DNA of 64,000 nucleotides from Firmicutes bacterium UBA5509 (GTDB lineage Bacteria; Bacillota; Proteinivoracia; UBA4975): NCBI GenBank assembly GCA_002423965.1, contig DIOR01000006.1, positions 21,165 to 85,164 of the forward strand, read 5' to 3'. Shown piece by piece: positions 1 to 9,057 of this stretch (position 1 is its first letter; each line of letters starts with the position of its first letter). The notes under the pieces were generated by a model. It saw only the letters and a program-made list of their open reading frames with translations, ran no database searches and was not told where the DNA came from. The position numbers and the translations under genes were made by a program.

Positions 1-188
1 ATCATAGCTTGGTTAAACATTATTACCATTATCACGCCAATTAACACCTGTCAATTGTTTGGTATAATCTTACATCTTGCACGGCACATTGGCACTATGG
101 GGGTGTTAAACACAATAGTTTGTAAAATACTAATATGGGGAACCAATTTCACTTCATACTCACTCCGCGTATAACTGTATTTGAATAC

Positions 189-219
189 AAAAAAACCTCA
201 GGTGATCCACCTGAGGTTT
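189..219 (-). terminator. Rho-independent terminator after tRNA-Pro
   Basis: Inverted repeat AAACCTCAGGTG-ATC-CACCTGAGGTTT followed by a T-tract on the minus strand. Confidence 0.85.
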
Positions 220-229
220 ATATTCGGAG

Positions 230-306
<77 letters not shown>

Positions 307-316
307 AACATATAAC

Positions 317-345
317 ATTTTACTCACTTAGCTCTGTTTTGTCAA
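317..345 (-). promoter_or_regulatory. sigmaA promoter of tRNA-Pro
   Basis: TTGACA-17 nt-TAAAAT just upstream of the tRNA. Confidence 0.8.
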
Positions 346-401
346 CTGAAATTTAGTTTAATGCTGAGTGTCTGTGATAATATCACGTGATAAAGGTTTA
401 C

Positions 402-1643
402 CTATTCCGACTTCAGGTATTTAACAATCTCAACTTGGGTGGTTTTATAAGAAAACAACAAGCTAAATACCAATGTCAAAGAAACACTGCATACAGTGAA
501 CATATAGCAGGAATGTCTTGAAATGAAAAGAGTCCACTGTTCCGCATAGATATAATGATAAACCGCTTTGATAATCAACAAGATATTAGTGACTAGAGCT
601 ATAGAAATCAAGATATTCACGACCATAATAATCATAGCTTCCAATAAAAATTGAAAAACTATCGAACGGGCAGGAGCACCCAAAGCACGTTTTACTCCTA
701 TTTCAAACTTCCGTTCATTTAATGCGTTGGCAAAGCTACTATAAAGGTTTATGGCCAAAAGCACAAACAAAACTATGGAAATAATCCCTTTTACAGATTT
801 TTGCGCCTTGATGACTTCTAATGCCTTGTTTTGGGCAAGAAAAACGCAACTAACTACATATTTCGAAGGCTCAGAAGCTGCATATACTGCTTCTGGATTG
901 TCAGTAACTACAAGTGCTACAGTGCTGTAACAATCAAGCTCAACTTCCAGTTTACTGAGCAGACTCTGAGAGGCATATATTTTTCCAAATCCACCAACAG
1001 TGCCAGTTTGGGTAAGAACTAATTCGTTCCCACCATGCTCATCATCTGCGCACAGGCCGACAACCTGCAATTCACAAAGAACTGGGACAGTAGACCCCTT
1101 GGGAAGAATTGGAACCCGGATTGAAATGGGTAGGCTTGCCCCTTCGGGAGCAATTGCATAAAAGAGACTTTCGTTAATTATTGCTTCATCTTTTTTAAGA
1201 CTAAAATCCTGTTTTTCGGACACCAGTCTCTCGGGGATAGCCGATAGAACAATCTCATCATTAGCAATTGGGGAATTTTTGTCTTCCATATATACTGGTA
1301 TATTTCCTGTAGGCAGAAAGCTTATTGTTACGCCGATATTATCGTATCCAATAAACTCTGTGTTTGTTTCAAAATACGTATAGTATTCTGTGTCAGGGAT
1401 TTTGTCCAGCCGTTTTAGCCATGCATTAAATGCATGCCCTTCATCTCCCCAGTGATAAGCGCGGATTATTTCTCTCGAGGTTGCGAAGATTTCCTTATAG
1501 TCGTTGTAAAGATTAGCATCTACATAAGTTAAATACCCAAGAAGTATGGAGAATGAGAATACAATAGTAACCGACAGCAGGGCATAGTTTCGCAGAGTTC
1601 GCTTGACCATCAAGATAGCGTGCATAAATAGATTATTCCGCAT
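402..1643 (-). CDS. FtsX/MacB-type ABC transporter permease
   Basis: N-terminal TM, large extracytoplasmic domain, C-terminal FtsX motif ERKFEIGVKRALGA plus 3 TMs; start moved to MRNNLF behind a GAGGGGGG RBS. Confidence 0.88.
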   Translation of the reverse strand: MRNNLFMHAILMVKRTLRNYALLSVTIVFSFSILLGYLTYVDANLYNDYKEIFATSREIIRAYHWGDEGHAFNAWLKRLDKIPDTEYYTYFETNTEFIGYDNIGVTISFLPTGNIPVYMEDKNSPIANDEIVLSAIPERLVSEKQDFSLKKDEAIINESLFYAIAPEGASLPISIRVPILPKGSTVPVLCELQVVGLCADDEHGGNELVLTQTGTVGGFGKIYASQSLLSKLEVELDCYSTVALVVTDNPEAVYAASEPSKYVVSCVFLAQNKALEVIKAQKSVKGIISIVLFVLLAINLYSSFANALNERKFEIGVKRALGAPARSIVFQFLLEAMIIMVVNILISIALVTNILLIIKAVYHYIYAEQWTLFISRHSCYMFTVCSVSLTLVFSLLFSYKTTQVEIVKYLKSE

Positions 1644-2286
1644 GCAAAACACCCCCCTCAAGCCGCAAGCATCTGTTGGCTTCCTTTGCGGCTCTAGCAT
1701 CATGGGTAATCAGAAGGATGCCTCTGCCCTTTTTTTGCTCGCTACGTAGCAGTCCCATGATAATATCTTTGTTTTGAATGTCTAAATTGCCCGTAGGCTC
1801 ATCAGCAATAATTAGGCAGGGGTCGGGGAGCAGGGCTCTGGCAATCGCCACCCGTTGTTTTTCTCCACCACTTAAAGTCTGGACATTTTGTTCCAGAATA
1901 CTCTCAATATCCAGGGTGGCAACAAGGTCCTTATATTTTTCCATGACATTGGGAATTTTTTTGTTATAAAGAGTGCTGAGCAAGATATTTTCGCGGCAGT
2001 TTAATGTAGGGATAAGATTATAGGACTGAAAAATAAAGCCTATGAAAGAGAGGCGTAATTCACTGTAATCCCTTTGGTTATCAATTCGAGCGCCATTAAA
2101 GTGGTAAGTTCCCGAATCAAAATGTTCAACCAAGCCGATTATATTCAATAAGGTGGTTTTGCCAGATCCGCTCTTCCCGACAATTGCCACGTAGTCACCG
2201 TTGATAATATTCAAGTCAATACCACATAGAACCGGGTGTGAAAATGCTTTCTTTAGTCCTGTTATTACAATGCTCAAATCGCGCAT
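1633..2286 (-). CDS. ABC transporter ATP-binding protein (LolD/MacB family)
   Basis: Walker A GKSGSGKT, signature [17 protein letters not shown]. Confidence 0.95.
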   Translation of the reverse strand: MRDLSIVITGLKKAFSHPVLCGIDLNIINGDYVAIVGKSGSGKTTLLNIIGLVEHFDSGTYHFNGARIDNQRDYSELRLSFIGFIFQSYNLIPTLNCRENILLSTLYNKKIPNVMEKYKDLVATLDIESILEQNVQTLSGGEKQRVAIARALLPDPCLIIADEPTGNLDIQNKDIIMGLLRSEQKKGRGILLITHDARAAKEANRCLRLEGGVLHAE

Positions 2287-2294
2287 CTTAGCAC

Positions 2295-3191
2295 CTATTC
2301 ATTCCGGTCAGAAAACAATAGACCATAACCAGAATCGCAAAGAGTACCTATAGGAATCCCCGTAATGCAGATGTTTTCGTCATTAGAGTAACCGATTTCT
2401 ACCTCCAGCTGAGCGATATACTGACCAGTTTCATCAACGGTGCGCACATAATGTGGTCCTCCATCTTCCAGCTGATACACACAATTTTTATTGACAACCA
2501 GGGCATCTTGGTAAATTAGACCTGTTTTGACTATTAGCTGCTTAAAAGTATGCCCCAGGTTAAACCCGCCCCCTGAAAAGGAAAAAAGATATTCAACCCT
2601 TCCCTCCATGTCTTCGACTTTGCCTTGTTTAATAAGTCGAAGCTCCATACCATCTGCAGTCATCAGCTTTGCCCCCTCCCGGGTTAACTGCTTGGCTTGA
2701 GTGGACGAGACCATACAGCTTAATGCTAAATTATTAAGAGATTGCATCTGAATATATGGGTCTGCGCTCCAGCTATCAATATTTTGGATGTATCCGGATT
2801 TTTCGGCTATAAAGTGTTCTCCACCCAGATAGCCAATTACATCGCCTTCTATAACGACATCGCCTGCATCGACGATAAAACGGATTTCCGAGGCTTTCTT
2901 GGGAAGCTCAATGAATATAGTCTCATTACTGACAACGACTCCTGACAATGTCACAGTTTCCTGCATGTCCGTCACGAACACAGGAATAATTTCTCCATAA
3001 GCTTGCTCACCGATACGGGGAACTGAACTAGGCTTGTACTGTGCCATTTCCCCTTGAGAAATTAAAAAAATTACGCCGACAGGAGCAACCAATAGGGCAA
3101 GTAGAAGAAATGTGGCAAATACCCTGAAAACTTTTCTAAGGGGCACATTCTTCATGGAGTGTTGAGTGTCTTTGGCAGAATTTATTTCCAA
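2295..3191 (-). CDS. Membrane-anchored adaptor/membrane fusion protein (MacA/YknX-like)
   Basis: N-terminal TM, lipoyl-like halves (IVDAGDVVIEGDVIG...AEKSGYIQNI), C-terminal VEIGYSNDENICITGI; adjacent to ABC genes. Confidence 0.7.
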   Translation of the reverse strand: MEINSAKDTQHSMKNVPLRKVFRVFATFLLLALLVAPVGVIFLISQGEMAQYKPSSVPRIGEQAYGEIIPVFVTDMQETVTLSGVVVSNETIFIELPKKASEIRFIVDAGDVVIEGDVIGYLGGEHFIAEKSGYIQNIDSWSADPYIQMQSLNNLALSCMVSSTQAKQLTREGAKLMTADGMELRLIKQGKVEDMEGRVEYLFSFSGGGFNLGHTFKQLIVKTGLIYQDALVVNKNCVYQLEDGGPHYVRTVDETGQYIAQLEVEIGYSNDENICITGIPIGTLCDSGYGLLFSDRNE

Positions 3192-3202
3192 TATATCACC
3201 CG

Positions 3203-4360
3203 CTAATTCGTGTTAGACAGAAAAAAATAGTTGTCAAAGTAAGACTGAACATCAATACCGTCCTGCTCCCTGGCATAGATAAAGTACTTGTTCGTTGCGA
3301 CATTGTAACTTATAGTAATGTGCTCCGAGTATTCAGTCCCGTTGTCTTCGTATATTATCAGCATTGTATCCGCGAAAATCCCGGAGAGTTCACCCGCAAA
3401 AAGGGGATTCTCTAACGTAATGTTCAGCTCTACATTTCTCCCTGAATAAAGCTTCAAAGGGGAGTTGCCGTCCCATGCCAGCTCAACGGGCACATCATCC
3501 TCCCCTGTTGAAGTCACAGAAACATTAGCACACCTTATCGCTGGATGATTCAAAAACTCAATGCTCTTTAAGGTCAGATCCCCTCCTATCTCAATACGAA
3601 TAGGATATAAATCTATACTGCCTATCGCCGAAGGCAAGGTCAAATACTGCATAATTGCTAAGGTAGTACTACTTAGCAAATTATCCGGATGGACAGCTGG
3701 TACTGATCTTCCTGGTTTCGCTGAGTATATCAAATCCTCTAAAGCGTACTTTTGCGTTTTGCCATTGACGGTTAGGGTTAATTCTGTAGCCTTACAATTT
3801 TCCATGGGCCCGTTTTCATAGTTCACTTGTAAATATAGCCCGTATTGATATATTACAGGAATTTTGTCCGGATTAATGGCTTCAAATGCTAGATCAAAAG
3901 GCTCAACAAGGGCCTCCATCTGATTGAAATATTCAGCAGATGCTTCAAAATTCCCTTCCTTCCGCTTCTCTTCACTTAAGTCGAAGAGCCTTCGATATTC
4001 CTTCCAATCCACTCCCCGGTAGCACTTATATGTATCATGTGTAAATGTGGAATGGTTTTTGCTCGCCTCCATAGCCACTAATGAAATACTGGCGTTTTCA
4101 TTAAAACTCAAATCGTAGTAAGTGGCTGGTATGTTCAGTCTTGCACTGACATCATCTTTAGTTAGAGGCTTGCACGATAATAATCGAAAGAAGACTGCAT
4201 CTGCGTACAAATCTACATAACAGTTATCAGTCTCGAGGTAAAAAAAATCGGGGTTGTAGCTGGGCAACCTCTCTGTTTCAGTCTTACCCGAGGAACTACC
4301 ACAGCCTGTTAGAAGGATTATCGATACTAGTGCTACTAAAGAAATAGATTTACTACGCAT
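3203..4360 (-). CDS. Uncharacterised lipoprotein
   Basis: Signal peptide with lipobox LLTG-C; RBS GGAGGGG; no family recognised. Confidence 0.8.
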   Translation of the reverse strand: MRSKSISLVALVSIILLTGCGSSSGKTETERLPSYNPDFFYLETDNCYVDLYADAVFFRLLSCKPLTKDDVSARLNIPATYYDLSFNENASISLVAMEASKNHSTFTHDTYKCYRGVDWKEYRRLFDLSEEKRKEGNFEASAEYFNQMEALVEPFDLAFEAINPDKIPVIYQYGLYLQVNYENGPMENCKATELTLTVNGKTQKYALEDLIYSAKPGRSVPAVHPDNLLSSTTLAIMQYLTLPSAIGSIDLYPIRIEIGGDLTLKSIEFLNHPAIRCANVSVTSTGEDDVPVELAWDGNSPLKLYSGRNVELNITLENPLFAGELSGIFADTMLIIYEDNGTEYSEHITISYNVATNKYFIYAREQDGIDVQSYFDNYFFLSNTN

Positions 4361-4393
4361 AATTCCCCTCCATTTGTCTTCAATAATTTACTA

Positions 4394-4426
4394 TGTGGAG
4401 GGGACTTAACTCTGCCCCCCCCCACA
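4394..4426 (-). other. GC-rich stem-loop right after the secreted-protein gene (mRNA stabiliser or partial terminator)
   Basis: Minus strand TGTGGGGGGGGGC-agagttaa-GTCCCCTCCACA, with no U-tract after it. Confidence 0.5.
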
Positions 4427-4444
4427 AAAAACACACTATACCTG

Positions 4445-4984
4445 CTATGCGTATCTAACTAGTATGAAACCCGGCCAAATTGGACCTTCATGGGAATCCT
4501 CATAAATGACAATATCGCCCTGCATTCCTTCTTTTCGTACTTTTCCTGTCACTCCACACCAGGGCTCCCTATGTTCTATGCGATACCATCCTGTAGGTTT
4601 TGAGGAACTTATTGTCTTTCTAACAGTTTGAACGATGGTCTGATGAATACTTTGCGCAATTCCTAAACTCGTCTCCAGTTCAAGAAGTGGGGCTTTAAAA
4701 GTGGGTGCCCAACTACCTGTTATACCTGTATTGATAGATAAATGGAACTGCATTTCGATTACCTCAGCTGGTTCTCCTCTTTCATGATGAGTTCCCATAG
4801 AACACCCGTTTATTTTATTTCTTAGTACCGTAGTAGTTACATACCCGACTACTGCATAATTCGGACCATTGCCAATAACCTTACTCATTGTACCTGCAGA
4901 ACCGGACTCCGTTAACACAACTAATACTAAACAAATAGCCATGATTAAACATAATGATTTAACTCCAATTTTCTCTCTCTTCAT
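4445..4984 (-). CDS. Small Sec-secreted protein of unknown function with a Ser/Thr-rich beta-hairpin segment
   Basis: Basic N-terminus, hydrophobic core, predicted cleavage near ESGSA; first gene of the accessory operon (alternative GTG start 4993). Confidence 0.75.
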   Translation of the reverse strand: MKREKIGVKSLCLIMAICLVLVVLTESGSAGTMSKVIGNGPNYAVVGYVTTTVLRNKINGCSMGTHHERGEPAEVIEMQFHLSINTGITGSWAPTFKAPLLELETSLGIAQSIHQTIVQTVRKTISSSKPTGWYRIEHREPWCGVTGKVRKEGMQGDIVIYEDSHEGPIWPGFILVRYA

Positions 4985-5010
4985 TGAAATCACTTCTTAT
5001 TGTTTAGTAA

Positions 5011-5040
5011 ATAATACCACACTTGCAAAAATGCTGTCAA
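5011..5040 (-). promoter_or_regulatory. sigmaA promoter of the accessory operon
   Basis: TTGACA-18 nt-TATTAT with extended -10 TG. Confidence 0.7.
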
Positions 5041-5115
5041 GAGATTTTTGCGCTCTTTTATTTAATTCTTGTGAAATAATTATAAAGAGAATTTAATTAA
5101 CTGGCCTTATGGAGT

Positions 5116-5150
5116 AAAAAATAAAATAAGGCGCGACTGCGCCGTATTTT
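5116..5150 (-). terminator. Terminator after spoIVA
   Basis: AAAATACGGCGC-agtc-GCGCCTTATTTT followed by a T-rich run on the minus strand. Confidence 0.7.
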
Positions 5151-6631
5151 TAGAGGATGATGGCGATTAGGCCGCCACTGCCTTCGTTGATGATTTTTTC
5201 CAGTGTTTGCTGTAGTTTTTCTTGGGCACTGTCTGGCAGATTGCTTAGCTTTGTCTGAATACCCTCCTTGACCATGGAATATAGAGACTTTCCGAAGATC
5301 TGAGACTCCCAAATCTTGTCGGGATTGTCTTCAAACTCATCCATTAAGAAGTTTGCCAGTTCTTCACTTTGACGCTCGCTACCGACAATTGGGGCAAATT
5401 CGGACTCTACATCGACTCTGACCACATGGAAAGATGGTGCTGTGGCCCTGAGGCGCACGCCAAAGCGTGAACCCTGGCGAATTATCTCAGGCTCTTCTAA
5501 GAGCATTTCATCTACGCTGGGGGGAACGATGCCATAGCCATTTGTCTTGGCGGAAACCAAGGCATCCTCAATCTTGTCGAATTCCCGCTTTGCACGAACA
5601 AGGCCACTCATCTGCCGGAAAAGATCTCCGGCGTTTCCAATTTCATAGCCGGTGGTCTCAGTTAAAATGGTGTAGAACAGTTCTGACGGGGTCTCAAAGC
5701 GTATTTCAGCTTCGCCGCTGCCTAGGTCCAGGTGACTTAGGGAAACCCGGGAAACGTAGTCAAATTCATCTGCTATGGGCTCTAATGCCCCTCGCAGATC
5801 CCTAACCTTGCCGGTGCTGTTCATGATGCCCCGGATGATTTCCATGAAACCGCCTTTTAGCCAATGGTCTTCCTCAAGAGCTTCCACCCAGTCCGGCAAA
5901 AGTATGTTTATTTGATTGACGGGAAACTCGAACAGGGCCTCAGTGAGGATGACGTCCACTGTCTTCTTATCTAAGCGTTGACAGTTACAGGGAATGACCG
6001 GTGCCCCATATTTCTCTGTTAATTCTGTCTGCAGCTGCAGGCAGGAACTAGAATCGGGCTGGCTGGAGTTTAGGAGGATGACAAATGGCTTGGCAATCTC
6101 CTTCAGCTCCTCCACTACTCTTTCTTCTGGCTCTTGGAAATCTTCTCTGGGCATTTCCGAAAAAGAACCGTCAGTAGTGACGATTATCCCTAAGGTTGAG
6201 TGATCGGCAATAACCTTCTTGGTGCCGATTTCCGCCGCCAGTTGAAAGGGAATCTCCTCATCTACCCAGGGCGACATAACCAGACGTTCGCCTCGTTCGT
6301 CAGAGTAACCTAATGCGGAATCGACGGTGTAACCAACACAGTCCACCAGCCTAACCCGCATGGTAAAGTCTTCATCGGCAAACTGAACCTCCACCGCTTC
6401 ATCGGGAATAAACTTTGGCTCAGTAGTAGTAATGGTTTTGCCACCGCTGCTCTGAGGCAGTTCATCTACTGCTCGTGTGCGGTCCTGCTCATTGATATTG
6501 GGTATTACCATCAGTTCCATAAACTTTTTGATAAACGTTGACTTCCCTGTCCGCACGGGACCGACTACGCCAAGGTAGATATCACCACCGGTCCTCTTGG
6601 CAATATCGTGGTATAAGCTGTACTCTGCCAC
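5150..6631 (-). CDS. spoIVA: Stage IV sporulation protein A (spore coat ATPase)
   Basis: DIAKRTGGDIYLGVVGPVRTGKSTFIK; C-terminus IINEGSGGLIAIIL; GTG start after RBS. Confidence 0.98.
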   Translation of the reverse strand: MAEYSLYHDIAKRTGGDIYLGVVGPVRTGKSTFIKKFMELMVIPNINEQDRTRAVDELPQSSGGKTITTTEPKFIPDEAVEVQFADEDFTMRVRLVDCVGYTVDSALGYSDERGERLVMSPWVDEEIPFQLAAEIGTKKVIADHSTLGIIVTTDGSFSEMPREDFQEPEERVVEELKEIAKPFVILLNSSQPDSSSCLQLQTELTEKYGAPVIPCNCQRLDKKTVDVILTEALFEFPVNQINILLPDWVEALEEDHWLKGGFMEIIRGIMNSTGKVRDLRGALEPIADEFDYVSRVSLSHLDLGSGEAEIRFETPSELFYTILTETTGYEIGNAGDLFRQMSGLVRAKREFDKIEDALVSAKTNGYGIVPPSVDEMLLEEPEIIRQGSRFGVRLRATAPSFHVVRVDVESEFAPIVGSERQSEELANFLMDEFEDNPDKIWESQIFGKSLYSMVKEGIQTKLSNLPDSAQEKLQQTLEKIINEGSGGLIAIIL

Positions 6632-6672
6632 TTTTCTCCTCCCCCTCACAATCTCCGCTTTTACTCACAATA

Positions 6673-6700
6673 TATATATGTGCAAAAAATGGTTGTATGC
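6673..6700 (-). promoter_or_regulatory. Putative sigmaE promoter of spoIVA
   Basis: GCATACAA...CATATATA, resembling the sigmaE consensus. Confidence 0.6.
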
Positions 6701-6727
6701 CGAGAGGAGGACAAATCTTGGAAAAAG

Positions 6728-7741
6728 CTATTCCTGGGGCAGGATATCTTCGATTTCGTGGGCCTTATCCCTAAGCATTAGTTCTGAAACTGCCTGATGA
6801 GGGTGTTTACCTGCAAAGATTACCTGGTGCAGGGCAGTGGTGATTGGCATGCTGACTCCCTCCTGGAGGGCCAACAATGCGGCTGTCTCTGTGGTGGCCA
6901 CCCCTTCAACTACCATGCCCTTGCGAATATCTTCTAGGCTCTCGCCTTGACCTAAGGCGAAACCCGCCTGCCAGTTGCGGCTATGCTTGCTAGTACAAGT
7001 GGCTATTAGGTCGCCGATGCCGGCAAGGCCGGCAAAAGTGATTGTTTCAGCCCCTAGTTTAATTCCCAAACGGGCAATCTCTGCCAGTCCCCTGGTCATA
7101 AGGGTGGCCTTAGTATTGTCTCCATAGCCTAAGCCATCACAGACTCCAGCACCCAAGGCGATGACATTTTTTAAGGCACCGGCCAGCTCGACACCGACGA
7201 CATCTGTATTAGTATAGACCCGAAACTTTGGGGTCATAAAGACTTCTTGCACTTGCTGAGCCATTTCTAGACTGTATCCAGCAGCGACAGTTGCCGTGGG
7301 AATGCCCCTGGCAACTTCTTCAGCATGATTGGGGCCGCTGATTACTACCACCCGGTCTTCATTGCCGACAACCTGGGATATGACTTGAGAAAGACGTAAA
7401 ATACTGTTCCGCTCCAGGCCCTTACTGAGGCTGACAATGATGGTGTCCTTGGTGATAAAATCTTTCATTCCTTCGATAGCAGTGCGCACAGCCTTAGCTG
7501 GTGTGGCGAGGACTACAATATCCTTTGATTTAACAGCCTGTTCCAAGGAATTGGAAATCCCTATGTTAGCAGGAAGTAGTACTCCTGGCAGGTACGCGGT
7601 GTTTTCCCGGTGCTTGAGAAGATCTCGACATAACTCTTCCCTTCTTGCCCACAGGGTAACAGCATGTCCATTTTTGGCCAGTAGCAGGGCAATTGCCGTC
7701 CCCCACCCTCCTGCACCGATTACACCAATTTTTCTTTTCAT
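6728..7741 (-). CDS. gpsA: NAD(P)H-dependent glycerol-3-phosphate dehydrogenase
   Basis: GAGGWGTA, SGPNHAEEV, GALKNVIA, TCTSKHSRN. Confidence 0.97.
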   Translation of the reverse strand: MKRKIGVIGAGGWGTAIALLLAKNGHAVTLWARREELCRDLLKHRENTAYLPGVLLPANIGISNSLEQAVKSKDIVVLATPAKAVRTAIEGMKDFITKDTIIVSLSKGLERNSILRLSQVISQVVGNEDRVVVISGPNHAEEVARGIPTATVAAGYSLEMAQQVQEVFMTPKFRVYTNTDVVGVELAGALKNVIALGAGVCDGLGYGDNTKATLMTRGLAEIARLGIKLGAETITFAGLAGIGDLIATCTSKHSRNWQAGFALGQGESLEDIRKGMVVEGVATTETAALLALQEGVSMPITTALHQVIFAGKHPHQAVSELMLRDKAHEIEDILPQE

Positions 7742-9057
7742 TTGCTACCTCTTTTCCGAAGCTTGAACACAATGGGAGTACCCTGAAAACCAAAAGCTTC
7801 CCGGATTCTGTTTTCCAAGTACCTTAGCCAAGAAAAGTGTAACAACTCCGGGTCACTGGTAAAGAGGACAAAACGGGGAGGTTTAACAGCTACTTGAGTA
7901 GTATAGAAGACCTTAACCTTAGTTCCCTTAGCTGAAGGGGGATTGGACATAACAGCATCAGTTAGGAGATCATTGAGGAGACCTGTGCTAATCCGGCGCT
8001 GATACTGCTCCATGGTCTCTTCTACAAGGGATAGGAGTCCCGAGATCCGGGCACCGGTCAAAGCAGAAACAAACTCTATATTGGCGTACTCAATAAATTT
8101 AAGTTCACCCCGCAGATCTTTGATATATCTAGACATGGTGTTAGAATCTTTCTCGACAATATCCCATTTGTTTACCAGGATTATTATTGCCTTGCCTGCC
8201 TCATGAGCAATGCCTGCAATGCGCTTATCCTGCTCAGTGAGCCCCTCTTGACCATCCAGGACTAGCAGGACAATGTCACTTCGCTGCACAGCCCTGACGC
8301 TGCGGAGCATACTATAATATTCGATTCCGGAAGACAGTTTGCTCTTCCTGCGCAGGCCTGCAGTATCGATGAGGATTATAGGTCTGCCATTAAAGTACAC
8401 AGTGGTATCAATTGCATCTCTTGTGGTGCCGGGAATATTGCTGACTACAGCTCTTTCTTTTCCCGCTAGCCGGTTAACTAAAGAAGATTTTCCAACATTG
8501 GGTCGCCCGACAACGGCCACGGCAATTGCATCTTCATCTTCCTCCTGGACCGGGAGCTTTTCGATACTGGCTACAATGACATCTAACAGATCTCCTATGT
8601 TAAGACCGTTAGAAGCGGAAATAGGCAAAGGCTCTCCTAAACCCAGTTCGTAGAACTCCAACAGCTGCTCCTGGCTTCTGCTGAAGTCATCAACTTTGTT
8701 GACAACCAGGATTACGGGTTTTTTGCTGCGGCGCAGTAAATCTGCCACCTCTTTATCATCTGCCACCAATCCCTGCTTGGCGTCAACCATAAAGAGAATG
8801 ACGTCGCTTTCTCCGACAGCTTCCTGGGCCTGACCTGTAACTGCCTGGGCCAAGGGGTCATTCTCATCCCAGGCAAACCCTCCTGTATCCACCAGGAGAA
8901 AATTATGCCCCCCCCAGTCGCTTTGGCCATACAGGCGGTCTCTGGTGACCCCGGGAGTGTCCTCTACTATGGCCAGACGCCGCTGCAAGATCTTATTAAA
9001 CAGGGTTGACTTGCCCACATTGGGTCTGCCAACAACTGATACAATCGGTAACATCAT
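7738..9057 (-). CDS. der: Ribosome biogenesis GTPase Der/EngA
   Basis: Two GRPNVGKS G-domains and a C-terminal KH-like domain. Confidence 0.98.
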   Translation of the reverse strand: MMLPIVSVVGRPNVGKSTLFNKILQRRLAIVEDTPGVTRDRLYGQSDWGGHNFLLVDTGGFAWDENDPLAQAVTGQAQEAVGESDVILFMVDAKQGLVADDKEVADLLRRSKKPVILVVNKVDDFSRSQEQLLEFYELGLGEPLPISASNGLNIGDLLDVIVASIEKLPVQEEDEDAIAVAVVGRPNVGKSSLVNRLAGKERAVVSNIPGTTRDAIDTTVYFNGRPIILIDTAGLRRKSKLSSGIEYYSMLRSVRAVQRSDIVLLVLDGQEGLTEQDKRIAGIAHEAGKAIIILVNKWDIVEKDSNTMSRYIKDLRGELKFIEYANIEFVSALTGARISGLLSLVEETMEQYQRRISTGLLNDLLTDAVMSNPPSAKGTKVKVFYTTQVAVKPPRFVLFTSDPELLHFSWLRYLENRIREAFGFQGTPIVFKLRKRGSK

